64,000 bases of DNA from Octopus vulgaris. Its lineage: Eukaryota. How positions within the stretch are numbered: position 1 is the stretch's first letter; every line of letters begins with the position of its first letter. Positions 26,486 to 40,500 of the stretch are shown piece by piece. The position numbers and the translations under genes were made by a program. Location: contig OX597817.1 of NCBI GenBank assembly GCA_951406725.2, positions 87,048,001 to 87,112,000 of the forward strand, read 5' to 3'. The notes below the pieces were generated by a model. It searched no databases, was not told the DNA's origin, and was given only the letters and a program-made list of their open reading frames with translations.

Positions 26486-26739
26486 TTCGTTGTACATAAA
26501 TAAATTTCACACAGACACAGATTCAAATTTGCACATTTTCTCAGTTCTTCTTCTTCTTCTTCTTCTTCTTCTTCTTCTTCTTCTTCTTCTTCTTCTTCTT
26601 CTTCTTCTCCCCCCCTCATTTTCTGTCCCTACTTCCGCCTCTTGGTTACTCTTTTGTCTACAATAGTACCGCCTCTTCTTTCTCACTTCCCCTTTTCCCC
26701 TTCTCTTTCTTCTTTTGTGTTTATCTAATTTTGGTACTT

Positions 26740-27366
26740 AATTTAGAACGCAAAGCAGTTCGAATTCCACCTTTTATCCTTTGAGGTTGATAAAATGAAT
26801 ACCACAGGGGTCGATGTAATCGAATAGTCCTCTCCAACAAAATTTCAGGCCTTCTACCTATAGTAGAAAGAAAAAATGCTTAGACAGAAGGCTAGCGATT
26901 TTGAGAAGAGCTGTTAGTTAATTAAATGGACATCTATATTAGACTCCTACTTTATCTCATCGACTCCGGAGGGATGAAGAGCAAAGTTTACTAAAGCAGT
27001 GTTTGTATAAAGAATGGCACAAATACTGATTTAAAAATTTTGGTACAGGGCGGTTCAACTGGAACTTATTTTAACGACTCCAAAATGATGAAAGGCAACG
27101 TCGACTCCAGTGGCATTTGAATCCAGAACGTAAAGACGGCTGAATCGGGATAAATATTTGTACAAGACCAGTAACTTTGGAGATGGGGCTAGGTCGATTA
27201 CATCGACTCCAGTGTTCAACTGGTACTTATTTTATCGATCACGAAGCGATGACAGGCAAAGTGGACCCCGGCGGTATTTGAACCCAGAACGTAAAGTCAG
27301 ACGAATCGGAACATATATTGCAAGGCATTTTTCCGATGCTCGAAGATTCTGCTAGCTCACCACCTT
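26740..27366. mobile_element. Cluster of about four family B SINE pieces (one +, rest -)
   Basis: Repeated ATCGACTCC/GATGAAAGGCAA motifs; head at 27340-27366. Confidence 0.75.
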
Positions 27367-27779
27367 GAGTTTAACTTAATAATTATCAAAAATACATTGA
27401 TCTTCCAATACAATTTTATTCTGTTCACTCCACAAAATATGAAATATTTAAAATGGTGTCTAATTTTGCAAGACTGCCTATCACGTAAATGTCAGACGAA
27501 AGACTTATAGAATATTTTCATTTCAAAGAACGGCAACATCCGATGACTGAGTCATGCCAAGGATATTTCAAAGGCAACTGTCTGGCGTCGACCATTTGCT
27601 ATATCCAAATACTTTTCTCTTGAATTCAAAATTGTTGTTCTTTATTCTCCTTTTTCTCTTTTCAATTCTCTCTATTTCAACCCAATTTTTGGTTTCGCTT
27701 CATTTTTGTTGTCATTTTTGTTTTTGTTTCTTTTTACTTATTGTTGTTGTTATTGCTGTTGCTGATATGTTGTTGTTGA

Positions 27780-28420
27780 TCTTCTCTTCGTCCTCCTTCT
27801 TCACCTCGTCATTGTCGTCATCGTTGTCTTTTTTCTTCTCATCCCTTCTTGTTCTTGTTTTCCTTTTTCTTCACCTCCCTTTCTACTACTTTTCCTTTTC
27901 TTTTTCCTCCTCGCGTTCCTTCTTCTTCTTCTTCTTCTTCTTCTTCTTCTTCTTCTTCTTCTTCTTCTTCTTCTTCTTCTTCTTCTTCTTCTTCTTCCCT
28001 CTCTTGATTACTCTTTTGTCTACTATAGCACCCCTCTTCCTTTCCGCTTCCCCTCCCGTCTTCTTGCTATCCTCCTAATCCTTTCACCTCCTCTCCCTCC
28101 TCCTCTCACCACTACTCTCACCTCCTCTCCCTCCTCTCCCTCCCCCCTCATCTCCCTCCTCTCAGTCCTCCTCCTTCTTCTCCCCTCCTCACCTCTCCCC
28201 TCCCACTCCTCCTCTCTTCCCCCTATTCTCTTACTACTTCTCGCTTCCTACTCCTCTTCCTTCCCTTCCCCCTCCTCCTCATATCATCGTCAAATTCAGC
28301 AACACACCACCACTACCACCACCGCCCTCGCCACCCCAACTCCATCCACGCCGCCACCCCCATCACCATCACACCGCCACCCCCATCACCATCACCGCCG
28401 CCACCACCACCACCGTCCTT
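27780..28420. repeat. (TTC)n and C/T-rich low-complexity tract followed by (CAC)n-like repeats
   Basis: Directly visible. Confidence 0.9.
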
Positions 28421-28866
28421 ATTATAATCCGGCTATTAATAATATTAGTCTTCCACTTTATAGTCGTTTTCATCATTCATTTCTCATTTCTTTCTTTTCC
28501 TCTTTGTCATCTCTTTTAATCATGTGACCGTGGGTGGGATTGACAGGTATCTTCAGTGATATCCATCATCACCACGACCACCACTATCTTCACCTCATGT
28601 ACTGCACACTAACGTACCCGACAACGCAACACCACAGCCTCTCTTCAGAGCAACTAACACCGACAACAATTACACACGATCAATAAATGCAGCAACAACA
28701 ACAGCAACAGCAACAGGATCTAATGAGGAGGGCTCTGTTATGTTGCTTGACCTGTAAATATAACAGCAAAATCTCTCTTAAATTGCCCACAGGCATCTTT
28801 TAAAAGTTCACATTAGATGATGTCTTGTCACGGCTTGGGAATGACCTGGGATATACAACAGCAAAA

Positions 28867-28931
<65 letters not shown>

Positions 28932-30131
28932 GCATAACTTATATGTTTTTCTTTTCTCATAAATATAACGATTATAAACAAACCACTCCTATTGGAAGAA
29001 ATAATAGCCAAATTTCCCTCAAATTGCATCTGATCGTCTTAATTGACGAAATAGTCACAACTGGATTACATTTGATAGGTTTGTTTAGCTGTTGAACTCA
29101 AAGGTTTTGTAAACCACAACATCACCTGGTTTGGAGTTTGTTTACTTCATTGATTCGTCTCTGAATGGGATACCAGTCAAATGTCAGTGGTATTCACTTT
29201 CAGCTGAGTGGAGTGGAGTAATGCGAAATGAAGCGACTTGATGAAGGATGCAACACGCTACCCGCTCCAGGAATTGAACCCACGACCAAATGAAGGTTTG
29301 ATTTGAGTCACAGTGGGAATTCTTCTAATCAAATATTTGGCGTATCAAGACTGACCTGGTACAATAACCTCGCCAATATCACATGCTTCTCTCCTCTTAG
29401 TTTTCTTCTTTATTGTCATCGTTACCACCACCACTACCACCACCAACAACAACAACAATAACAACACCATCACTACCAGCATCTTCATCTTCATCATCAT
29501 CGTCGTCGTCGTCGTACATCATCATCATCACCATCATCATCACCACCATCACCATCATCACAATCAATAAATCTACAGGGCCCTTCCGAAATAACAGCAC
29601 CCAGGATAAAGGAAACGAAGAAAAATCCTTAGCTAACAGCAGTTTACAAAGCTGTTTGTACAGTAAGAACTACAGGCAAGACATTAATGTACGTTTGTTG
29701 CAACCATTTGTAAAGCGAATACCGTTAAGACATGTGAAATGCCTGGTGCAATATTCAGCGAATCTTTTTTTTTTTATTCTTTGTCATATTCTCCATCACA
29801 ATGCCTAAAGTTACCAATGAAGAAGAAATAAAGGAGAACAATATGAAAACTTAGTCACAAACAAAATATTAAGAAATGGAACGAGAGAACGAAGCAAAAG
29901 ATGAAATGCGCTAATGAAACAATATAGAAGAATATAGACTTTCTACGACATTAACAACTGAAAAAAGTTTTTAGAGATTACAGCCGGTTGTGAGCTTAGC
30001 TATAAAATAAGAAATTGAGGAAGTCTGCACTGAACAAAGTGAGGACTTCCTCAAAATACTGCAGTAATGGTGTGCATAGAAGCGATATGTGTATGTATGT
30101 ATGTATGTATATATATATATATATATATATG

Positions 30132-30345
30132 TTATTTTACTCTTTTATTTGTTTCAGTCATTTGACTGTGGCCATGCTGGATCACCGCCTTTAGTCGAGC
30201 AATTCAACCCCATGACTTATTCTTTGTAAGCCTAGTACTTATTTTATCGAATTCTTTTGCCGAACCGCTAAGTTACGGGGAAGTAAACACACCAGCATCA
30301 GTTGTCAAGTGATGTTGGCGGGGACAAACACAGACACACAAACAT

Positions 30346-30378
<33 letters not shown>

Positions 30379-30536
30379 CATATATACAACGGGCTTCTTT
30401 CAGTTTCTGTCTACCAAATCCACTCACAAAGCTTTGGTCGGCCCGAGGCTATAGTAGAAGACACTTGCCTAAGGTGCCACGCAGTGGGATTGAACCCGGA
30501 ACCATGTGGTTCATAAGCCAGCTGCTTACCACACAG

Positions 30537-30539
<3 letters not shown>
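30132..30539 (-). mobile_element. Near full-length SINE family A (TGGCTGTGTGGTAAG head)
   Basis: A box TGGCTGTGTGG, B box GGGTTCAATCCC, CORE-like ACCTTAGGCAAGTGTCTT, internal microsatellite, (GAGTAAAA) tail. Confidence 0.92.
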
Positions 30540-30590
<51 letters not shown>

Positions 30591-31019
30591 CATACACACA
30601 CAAATGAAAAAGTTTATGTATGCATATACATAAACACATACACTTTTCAATATAACATACTTAATGTGTGTGTGTGTTGTTGAAATGCCAGGAAATGCAA
30701 TTTTCGTCCGGAAAAATCCTTTTTTGTGTTAAAAGACACAACATACTTTAGATTTAGGCAAAACAATATTGTCTCAAAATAGGCCTCGAGAACAACAGAC
30801 ACATATTTCATCGTTGTCGCGGCTTCTCAATGTCACGTACTTGTACACTACAGGTATGTATTACAGACCAGTTCATAACGTTTTGTGTTATTGTGGAGTA
30901 CATATTGTTTTTATAGGAACCTCAAAGTTTTTAAAGAGTATCACAAAAGCTACATAAGGATATTAAAATATCATAGTTTCTAAATCATTAGGTGACTTTT
31001 GGGATCGTCAAGGATCAAA

Positions 31020-31246
31020 GGTCCTTTCCGAACCACAACTGGTTTCCCAGATTCTGTGGTTCACGTAATAGCCCCACGATGGGACGCCAGTCCATTGCAG
31101 GATTACTCAGCTTTGCCTGTTGAGTCAACTGGAGCAATTTGAATTGAAGTGCTTTGCTCAAGAACACAACGCATCGTCCGGTCGAAGAATAAAAATTCAA
31201 AACTTACGATGAGTACAACACCTCAACCACTGAACCACACGCTTCC
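31020..31246 (-). mobile_element. SINE family C, decayed
   Basis: GCTTTGCTCAAGAACACAACGCATCG as in 785-998. Confidence 0.75.
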
Positions 31247-31307
31247 TGCACTCTATATGTATACAAGCTTGTATATATATATATATATACGAGGTCTGAA
31301 CAATTGG

Positions 31308-31615
31308 TATAGTAACGAAGCTAAAGCATGCAAAGTAAAGCCACTTGTCAAAGACTGACCATGAACTCTGCTGTGCATGTGCACTAAGTTTTAACGTTCT
31401 AGCTCACTTTCGCTGCTTACAACATTGCTTGGAAAGAAGGTGTGTATCGTGTGTTCGTCGCATTGATCATGACAGAGAAAGTTGTCATGGCGATACCTGC
31501 TCAGAAGCCTACGCAAAGTTGTAGAAAGTGTATGGAGAGGAGTGTATAAGCCGCCCATATAAACAAGTGTACGAGTGGTTCAGACGTTTCCAAGATGGCT
31601 AAAAAAATGTCGATA
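31308..31615 (+). mobile_element. Mariner 5' fragment
   Basis: TACGAGGTCTG end; GDTCSEAYAKL*KVYGEECISR and QVYEWFRRFQDG helix-turn-helix (HTH) remnants. Confidence 0.8.
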
Positions 31616-31694
31616 TTATGTAAGTGTAGATATATGTATATATATCTATACATACAAATGTAGTTGTATGGGTTTGTATATATATTTCTGGTAT

Positions 31695-31755
31695 ATTCTA
31701 CTGATGACGGTAGAGTAATTTGTATTACTAAATTAGAAATCGGACGATGTAGAAT
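31695..31755 (+). ncRNA. Decayed type I hammerhead (cleavage-site base is G, likely inactive)
   Basis: attcta-CTGATGA-..agtaat/attact..-GAAA-TCG-GA-CGA-TG-tagaat; stem I has 6 bp. Confidence 0.5.
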
Positions 31756-32016
31756 TAACGTCAAAATTTTACAAAATCCATTTTATTAATTTACCTGCTT
31801 TCAGCATTGCGCTAATGGTGTGTAATTTGAAGTGGACGTTTAGAATCTTTTGATATCTATTTCTAGCGTGTTGGTGCTGTTTCTCAGTACCCTTGATTGT
31901 AATTATACCTATATAATTATATATTTATAATAATCTTTACCTATATGGTTTTTTACATGCTGGCAACTGATAAGGTTATCAATTGATTTCATTATTAATT
32001 ATGTATACACACACAC

Positions 32017-32097
<81 letters not shown>

Positions 32098-32176
32098 TAT
32101 ACAGTATATATGTGTATATACATATGTGTGTGTTTGTATATATATGTATATATATATGTATATATATAATAATATA

Positions 32177-32220
<44 letters not shown>

Positions 32221-33864
32221 GCATATATACATACATATATGTCCATACTTACATATATATGTATATATATGCATATATGGGTACAAAACGTAAACAACAT
32301 GAAATACGAAATACGAAAACATGGAATATGAACTTTTTGTGAACAACGAAAGGAACAAATCGAAAAACAAGACAAGTAACATAAAGAACGACCCTTCATC
32401 AGATGTCAGCTGTTTATCTACTCTACATTTCGAGCAATTACGACAAGATGTGCCTTCGAGGAAACAGTTGCTCCCGCAGACCCAAATAAAATTTGGGATT
32501 TGCGGAGGGTCAAAGGTGGTAACAAAAACAGGACGGTGAAAACAAACAGTGAGGACTGCTAAGTCATAACGAGGTGAGATGGCGAACGCTGGAGGAACAA
32601 GCTTTGACAGGAGAAAAAAAGGAGAGGAGACAGGCAAGAATGCGTCTGATCTGTGCGCCAGTCCGGAAGGAAAGAAAGAAGCTCAAGTTAGGAAAAGAAA
32701 GATGGCCGATGATTACGTGTGAGCCTTCGACTTTTACGAGTAGCTTTCGACTTTTTCTACACAAAGGGGTTTTAACCCAATAAGTGCATGATATTATTTA
32801 TAACTGTATTTACATTGACTTCAACCACTAAAAAGGGATTATTTCATGTTTTCTCGAAGTTTTTATATTTTTATAACGTAATAAATACATACACATGTAT
32901 GTTTATATATCCATACGTACAGTATATGAGTATTGTTTACATTTATTATAACTTACTGTCTTGGCTAAAATAAACCATACATGCTGCATACTATTTTATA
33001 GATGGGTAACTGTTGTTTCAATCGTCCTCTAACCGTCTTTTCCTTTTCCCTCCTCCTCCTGCAACTCCTTCCACCGTCTTTCTGTCCTCCTATTCTTCTC
33101 GCTTGCTTGGTAATGCTGCCTTGAAAGGAAGGGAGAAAGAAGGTAAAAAGTAGACGTTAAAAGAAAGGAAACAAGCAAGAAGGAAAGAAGTTAAAATAAA
33201 AAAGACAAAAGAGAGGAAAAAAGAAGAAAAAGAAAAGACGAACAAGAAAACAAAATGAAGTAAAAGAAGAGAGGAAGATAAGTTGAAGAATGAAGTGAAA
33301 GAGAAGTCGAGGAAGAAGTCATTATTGATATGGGCGAAATATTCGTAATATGAAGAATCCATGGGTATTATTTCTGAATAGAATAAAATGGCGAAGACTA
33401 TTGAAAAAAAAGTTTAAGCTTCCAGGAAACAGAATACTAAGCTTTGAAGCCATTATATTTCAGGTATTTTGCTTGTTCTATTCCGAAAGGCAAGGAATTA
33501 AAATAATCGTATTTAGTTTTCTATTCTTTCAAATAATCAACATTCTGCTATAGAGAAGGGTTTATGAATATCAATTAGAAAGAGCATAATCAAAAAAGCG
33601 AGGACGTCTCTTAACATAGCGGAACGTATGAACCGGTTTTCGTTTCTCGCTGGTGCTCCTCATCCACTTCTCTTAAACCTCTATGGAAGTCATGACTGTC
33701 GTACAATTTCAGTTCGTAGAAGGAAAGTTCCAGTAAATCAGATACGATTCACAACTGAAACCATTTCACTTCACTTACACCTGTATTCTACCTCCTAGAT
33801 TTCCTGATATATAAATCAGTATTTTTATACTTAATATAACAAATTACATACATACATACATACA

Positions 33865-34410
33865 TGGTGGCTGCCCCTCGTTATCGAGCATGGCCATTGC
33901 GCGATGCTTAATCAATGTTGTTATCGTGCAATGCCCGTGCAAGAAGATTTTTTTTAAGTGAGGAAAGGCTGTGCACTGAGTCAATCTCACTCACTAAGCA
34001 ATAGCAGCCATAATCCGAAAAGAAGAACAAGTCAACATCATCGGTAACCACTGAGCCGCGGGTTTTATGTTGGAGTTATCCCAGTTACCTGAGTTACCTT
34101 CTCCTAGAAGGATGCCCTAGCAAAGGCTAGGAGTCCTTCACTCCCAATGGTTTAACCGCGCGATCGGGTATTCAGTCCGATTATTTCTATGTCTCCGCGC
34201 ATGATACAGCCTTAAGACATTTATTGGATGGCCGTTGACTCTCAAGAATTCCTCCGCCCTTTGATGAGTTTTGTTTTTCATCCCGCAGGGTGTCCGATAA
34301 ACACCCTCCTCCCCAAGCAAGCTTGGTGGGGTTGCCGGTTTAGTCGCCGACGAAACGACCATGCAACAGGTTACATGTTACCAGTAGCACTCGAAAGTGA
34401 TCTGACATAA
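33865..34410 (+). mobile_element. Non-coding RTE-related element inserted in (CATA)n
   Basis: 5' hairpin GGCTGCCCCTCGTTATCGAGCATGGCC and CCTTCTCCTAG..GCC...AAGGCT resemble RTE 5' UTRs; (CATA)n on both flanks. Confidence 0.5.
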
Positions 34411-35429
34411 CATACATACATACATACATACATACATACATACATACATACATACATACATACATACGTAATACTACCTAAATACCAATCTTGGGAAATT
34501 AGGCTTCTCAAAACCAGAAAGGAGAAAGCTAATTCGAAGACTACAGATCCAATCCATCACTGGAACTGTACAAATCTGTAAAACTTTCCAGATTATCATT
34601 TAAATCTATATGAGCATGTCTAATAATGCAACTATATGCACGAGAAGATATATATAGAACAAAATAAATAAATCTGCACATATACATAGATACATTCAAA
34701 GAGACCCTGTTGATGATGAAATTCCAATGGATCTAGGTTAGAAACCGGCTCTCTCTCTCTATTGACAAGAAATCTCGAAATATCACTGAATGACATTCAT
34801 ACATGCATACATACATCCATACATACGTAGTTACGTACATACACTTTTATATATCCAGAAACTGTGCAAATATTAGAGGCAAAGACTCCCGATAAACACA
34901 ACTTATTTATGTATGAATTGTCAGTCTATATAACAAGTACTAAATAGCTAATACATAAACAAACTGAACAAAGATTTAGAATTGAATAGACTGATCGTCA
35001 CAACTTCACATTTATTTACTCTTGAAATGGTAGCAATATCATAAAGAATTCAAGTAATAATGCCTCAGGTAATTCTATTCTAAATTTGGTTTATGAATAT
35101 AGAGACGGTTGTAAAGAGTAATTTAAATTCCTATAGAATTTTATTGATATTTTTGTCTGAAAGAAGAATTGGTAATAAGGAAATTGAGGTTAGTGATCAA
35201 ATGAAAACAGAGCCAGCGGCATAGATTACAGAACTTGATCAAATGACCAGCTTCAAGAATATATCTATAAAATTAACGATTTCAGAGAAAGAATAACATT
35301 GGAATTAAAACATAAAATATAATCACAACAGAAAAAATATACATCTGTACTCTAACATTGCCAGAAATACACGACAGATTTTATCTTCTAATTAAGCTAA
35401 ATAATTAAATATCTAAGTATGTGCATAAA

Positions 35430-35479
<50 letters not shown>

Positions 35480-35776
35480 GAGTCGTGAATTTATGGAAAG
35501 TAATCCCATAAAACTCAACAATTTTGCTAAAAATGAAGAGATGTTATATATTAGAATTTTAATATCTCTTCTCCATTTTTATCAAAAATTGTTGAGTTTT
35601 ATGGAATTTCTTTCCATAAATTCACAACACATCATATACAAGTATTATTTTCATATTCGCAAATTCACGCCTGTAAGCAACCAGCAAAATATGAAGAAGA
35701 CCCAATATTAGAAATCTTTTTGGGAAACCGTCAAATTAAAGGACGAATCTAATTCAACCTTTACACACGCACACAC

Positions 35777-35850
<74 letters not shown>

Positions 35851-35854
<4 letters not shown>

Positions 35855-36010
35855 CAGACTTCTTTCAGTTTCCGTCTACCAAATCCACTCACAAGGGTTT
35901 GGTCGGCCCGAGGTTATAGGAGAAGGCATGTTTCCTAAGTGCCACGCAGTGAATTTGAACTTTGACCCATATGGCTGGCATGGATCCTTCTTAGCACATT
36001 GTTACGCTTG
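35851..36010 (-). mobile_element. SINE family A, 5' half
   Basis: CTTCTTTCAGTTTCCGTCTACCAAATCCACTCACAAGG. Confidence 0.8.
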
Positions 36011-36044
<34 letters not shown>

Positions 36045-36816
36045 CATATGTAATACTTTTTTATAATTTCTGTGACTCTACTCTCTCTTCACTTTCTTTC
36101 ATTCTTTCTCTCTATCCCTCTATAATCCTCTTTATTTTCCGTTTTTCTTCCTCTTTCTCTGCTGTCGCCTGTCTATCTTTCTTCCACTCCCTACTATCTT
36201 TCGTTCCTCCTTCCTTCTCCTCACTCCCTTTCTTTTTTCCCTCATCCTCTTTCTTGTTCCCCTTCTCCTCTGCCTGTTCGCTCCCACATGACTACAGGCC
36301 ATTTCTCTTACCTCTGTCTTCTCTGGACGTGTCGTCTACTTAGCTGGACATCGTTCTACTCGCCACCCGATATTTTTTCTCTTTCATTCTACTATTTTCT
36401 TCTCTTCTATTTATTCTATATCCTTTCAAAATTTCTTCCAGGTGTTACCAAATACAATGCGTCTTAGCCTAACGGCCCTTAATGTTTTTCTTCATCGATT
36501 GTCAAGTCTATCGTTGTTTGTTCGTTCGAAGCTCTAACTCTCCACAAATTTTATATATTTTAAATTTCTGGATGCTGCTGTTTTATGAAGGTTTCCTATC
36601 TTGTCGTTAAAAGAACGAAATAGCGAGTAGTAAAACAGTCGACAACTGAGAAGAGGTTAGATTTCTTTTGGTATTTTGTCCCGTACTCGTCTTCATTATG
36701 TGTTTACGTATTTTTCACTCGTTGGTGATGTCCTGAACTTGATGTATTTTATGTATTTTATGTATGTATGTATGTATGTATGTATGTATGTATGTATGTA
36801 TGTATGTATGTATGTA

Positions 36817-36856
<40 letters not shown>

Positions 36857-36958
36857 TAATAACAAAGGGTGAAATTAATCAATTAAGAAGTAATTAGTAA
36901 TTTCACCAAGTAGAATTCGGCATGAAAAAAGACCATTTTATGGTAAGTTTAAGTAATA

Positions 36959-37296
36959 CTATATAATTAGGGTTCAGCAACGATTAGCTTCACCACACAC
37001 CGAAGTTTTAGAAATAGCAGTCAAAATCCTAGCTATTCTTTCTACTTTAAAGGGAGTTCCCAGAAAAACCAAAGCAACTTGACGAAAATCATTCTATAAT
37101 AGGTTACCTACGTAGGTAACCTATTATAGAATGATTTTCGTCATTTTTTCCCTTTTGCCTACGTGGTTTGTCTTCAAGTTGCTTTGGTTTTTCTGGGAAC
37201 TCCCTTTAAAGTAGAAAGAATAGCTAGGATTTTGACTGCTATTTCTAAAACTTCGGTGTGTGGTGAAGCTAATCGTTGCTGAACCTAATTATATAG
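36959..37296. repeat. Nested inverted repeat: ~123-bp outer arms plus a 64-bp perfect palindrome
   Basis: 36959-37082 pairs with 37174-37296; 37080-37143 is self-complementary around CCTACGTAGG. Confidence 0.92.
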
Positions 37297-37384
37297 CATA
37301 TATATATACATATGTTATCACCAGCAAGGGCTCGTTTCCAAGAATTTAGTGCAATTTAATCCGGACGTGGAGTGGGGGAGGCAT

Positions 37385-38120
37385 TTGTACTGTAGGGGAA
37401 TATGAGCTTTCTGATGGCTATTAAACGTATGCCTTTCTCTGAACAGCCTATTGCAAGAATCGCAGTGGATTGTAGGTGCTGGTTGTGGTTGGATTGCTCT
37501 ACCTTTCTTACGTTCTAGTTTCATTCTAATATCCGTTCATCTGTTTTCTTCAAAATGGGATAATCTTGCCTCGGTCATATTACGCCAAACTGTGCGTTGG
37601 CTGGTTGTCATTTCCCAGTAATTTTGTTCGATACCAGTACTCTTCAGAGTTTCCTTCAATTGGTCTTAGTAGCGCCGATAGGGGCATCCTGAGGGCATCT
37701 CCCATTGTTCTGTTACCAAACAGAAATATCTTTAGGGGTCTGTGATAAAGAAATATCTTTAGGCCCCGTGCGATCCACTGAAGCTTAGTGATTATAGCAT
37801 CTATATTAATTTGTTCAGTTCTCTTTTGTAAACGTAGGTAAAGCAATCTTCCCATTCGATGTAAGATATAGACCGGAGTTTCTTTTCATGGAAATGTTCA
37901 AGTTTTTTTCAGGCCATGGCGGTATAGAGTCCACGTTTCCCATACATATAACAGAGTAGACACAACAATCATTTTTGTTTGCAGGGTAAGACTACTGCTT
38001 CCCAAAACTCTACTGGAGAACTTCTCAAAGTGAGTGTGCTGCTTGGATACTATTTTCTCCATCCATCGATGATGTACACTGGGAAACAGGAGGCTACCAA
38101 GATAAGGGAAATGTTCCGCT
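37385..38120 (-). mobile_element. RTE-clade LINE 3' fragment, decayed
   Basis: FPYLGS, TKM.VV.TLLY.WETWTLYRH and a C-terminal C2H2 motif CDSCNRLF....FNSHQKAH. Confidence 0.85.
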
Positions 38121-38150
38121 ATGGCCGTAAAAGAATAAAAGAATATATAT

Positions 38151-38548
38151 CTTTTACTTGTTTCAGTCATTTGACTGCAGCCATGCTGGAGCACTGCCTT
38201 TAATCGAGCAACTCGACCCCGAGACTTATTCTTTTGTAAGCCCAGTACTTATTCTATCGGTCTCTTTTGCCGAACCGCTAAGTAACGGGGACATAAACAC
38301 ACCAGCATCGGTTGTCAAGCAATGCTAGGGGGACAAACACACTCACACAAACACACAAACGCATATATATATATATATATATATACATATATACGACGGG
38401 CTTCTTTCAGTTTCCGTCTACCAAATCCACTCACAAGGCTTTGGGCGGCCCGAGGCTATAGTAGAAGACACTTGCCCAAGGTGCCACGCAGTGGGACTGG
38501 ATCCGGAACCATGTGGTTGGTAAACAAGCTACTTACCACACAGCCACT

Positions 38549-38551
<3 letters not shown>
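38151..38551 (-). mobile_element. Near full-length SINE family A
   Basis: Highly similar to 30132-30539 and 53704-54111. Confidence 0.92.
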
Positions 38552-38585
<34 letters not shown>

Positions 38586-38696
38586 AATCCCCCACCCCGA
38601 AAAAACGAAGAACAAACATAAGGAAAAATGAACAACAACGAGAAGACGTGGTACATGCAAAATATTAGCAGACGCTCAGGGAAGGAAAGAAAGGTG

Positions 38697-38731
38697 GTTT
38701 TACGTTTCGAGCAAAGCTCTTCTTCAGAAAC
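38697..38731 (-). ncRNA. Minimal type I hammerhead motif in a Penelope-type terminal fragment (38582-38812)
   Basis: gttt-CTGAAGA-a-gagc-ttt-gctc-GAAA-CG-TA-aaac. Confidence 0.6.
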
Positions 38732-38850
38732 AGGAGACCGAGGAAAGTCCAAGATGAAAGGAAGACGGAGGAAATAAATCGCCAACGATTCACATGTGGT
38801 TACATTTTGAAATGTATATGTATTTAATATATATATACATATATATGTAT

Positions 38851-38906
<56 letters not shown>

Positions 38907-39531
38907 TATATACATACATACATGTAGGCCATAGAACACAGAGGCTTCAGCATGTGCATCAAGTATAATAGTAGTTGAAGCCAGTGTACATAGAATTTAT
39001 TGGATTATACGTTGGAAAATAATATATCTATGGATAAACGTATAAATGCTCGCGCGCGCATTTGCTTAAGAGAACAATAAAATATTTCACATCTGTAATC
39101 TACACAACCAATGCTTTCAAATAAATAACCGTTGATTTATCTGCATTATGCATGTTTCGGATGATTTGATTTACGCTGTTCTTTACATATCTTTGTGTCT
39201 CATCCTCTCACGCAATACATAATGCACACATACAAGTACATTCATACACGCACACACCTACACAGACACACAACCACACACACATCCAGACACACATGCA
39301 CAGACAGATAAACAGACAGGCACATACACACACACACATATATATATACAGGGAGAGAGTGATACAGATAGGCAGATAGAGAGAAAGATATATAGACACA
39401 TATACATTTGCATATATCCATGTACACGTACACATATACATATGCATACACACAAACGCACTCAGACATATATGTATCTATATATGTATATAGCTGTATA
39501 TCTGTGTCTGTGTGCCTATCTATATACATGC

Positions 39532-39563
<32 letters not shown>

Positions 39564-40093
39564 ACAAAGATTAGTGATCGGTTATTTATTCAAAACGCCA
39601 TCGGTCGATATATCATACGATACAACCTCGGTTTCGGTGCAGTCAGTTTAAATAAAACCACAGTACCTAGAATGAAGCAAAACGTATGACGTTTTTAATT
39701 AGACTCATCTATCACATCCAGTGAATCAGTGGCCATAATTTTCAGGAATGTGATAAATATTTTCTTGCATTCCATGTTAATAATACATCATTGGATGAAC
39801 ACGCTCGTTTTTAAATAAGAAACTACCACACAATACGCCTCTGGCTATCGTCCATTCATTCTCTAAAAACAAAACGTGTTTGATGTTTATCAATTAATAT
39901 ATGAAAAGAGATAAACAGCACGGCAAAGAAATACACACATGCACAAAAGGAAACAGAAATATATATGGACAAACAAGCTCTCAGACAAACACACGCATGT
40001 ATTAACGTCATATTATTTTTGTATGCACTAACATGTAATATATTTTTAAGTACATACACACCTATATATATATATACAGACATATACGCCAAA

Positions 40094-40230
<137 letters not shown>

Positions 40231-40283
40231 ATGTGTCTATTACTCCCTCTGTCTCTCTCTCACTATGTGTTTGTACATGTATA

Positions 40284-40500
40284 GGGCGGCGAACTGAGAG
40301 AATCATTAGCACGCCCGGCACAATATGCTTAGCGGCATTTCGTCCGTCTTCACGTTCTCAGTTTAAATTCCGTCGAGGTCGACTTTGCCTTTTACCTTTC
40401 CGGGGTTGATAAAATAAGTACCAGCTGAGCACTGGAGTCGGTGTAATCAACTTATCCCTTCCTTCGAAATTGCTGGCCTTGTGCGAAACTTTGAAACCTA
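40284..40500 (+). mobile_element. SINE family B
   Basis: GGCGGCGAACTGAGAGAATCATTAGCACG...GAGGTCGACTTTGCC. Confidence 0.88.

Noticed and set aside
27554-28078. Hydrophobic 174-aa ORF resembling a membrane protein
   Set aside because: Derived from T-rich low-complexity and (TTC)n sequence
33866-33900. HDV-like ribozyme at the 5' end of the RTE-like element
   Set aside because: Folds as a simple nested hairpin; P2, P3 and L3 elements not found
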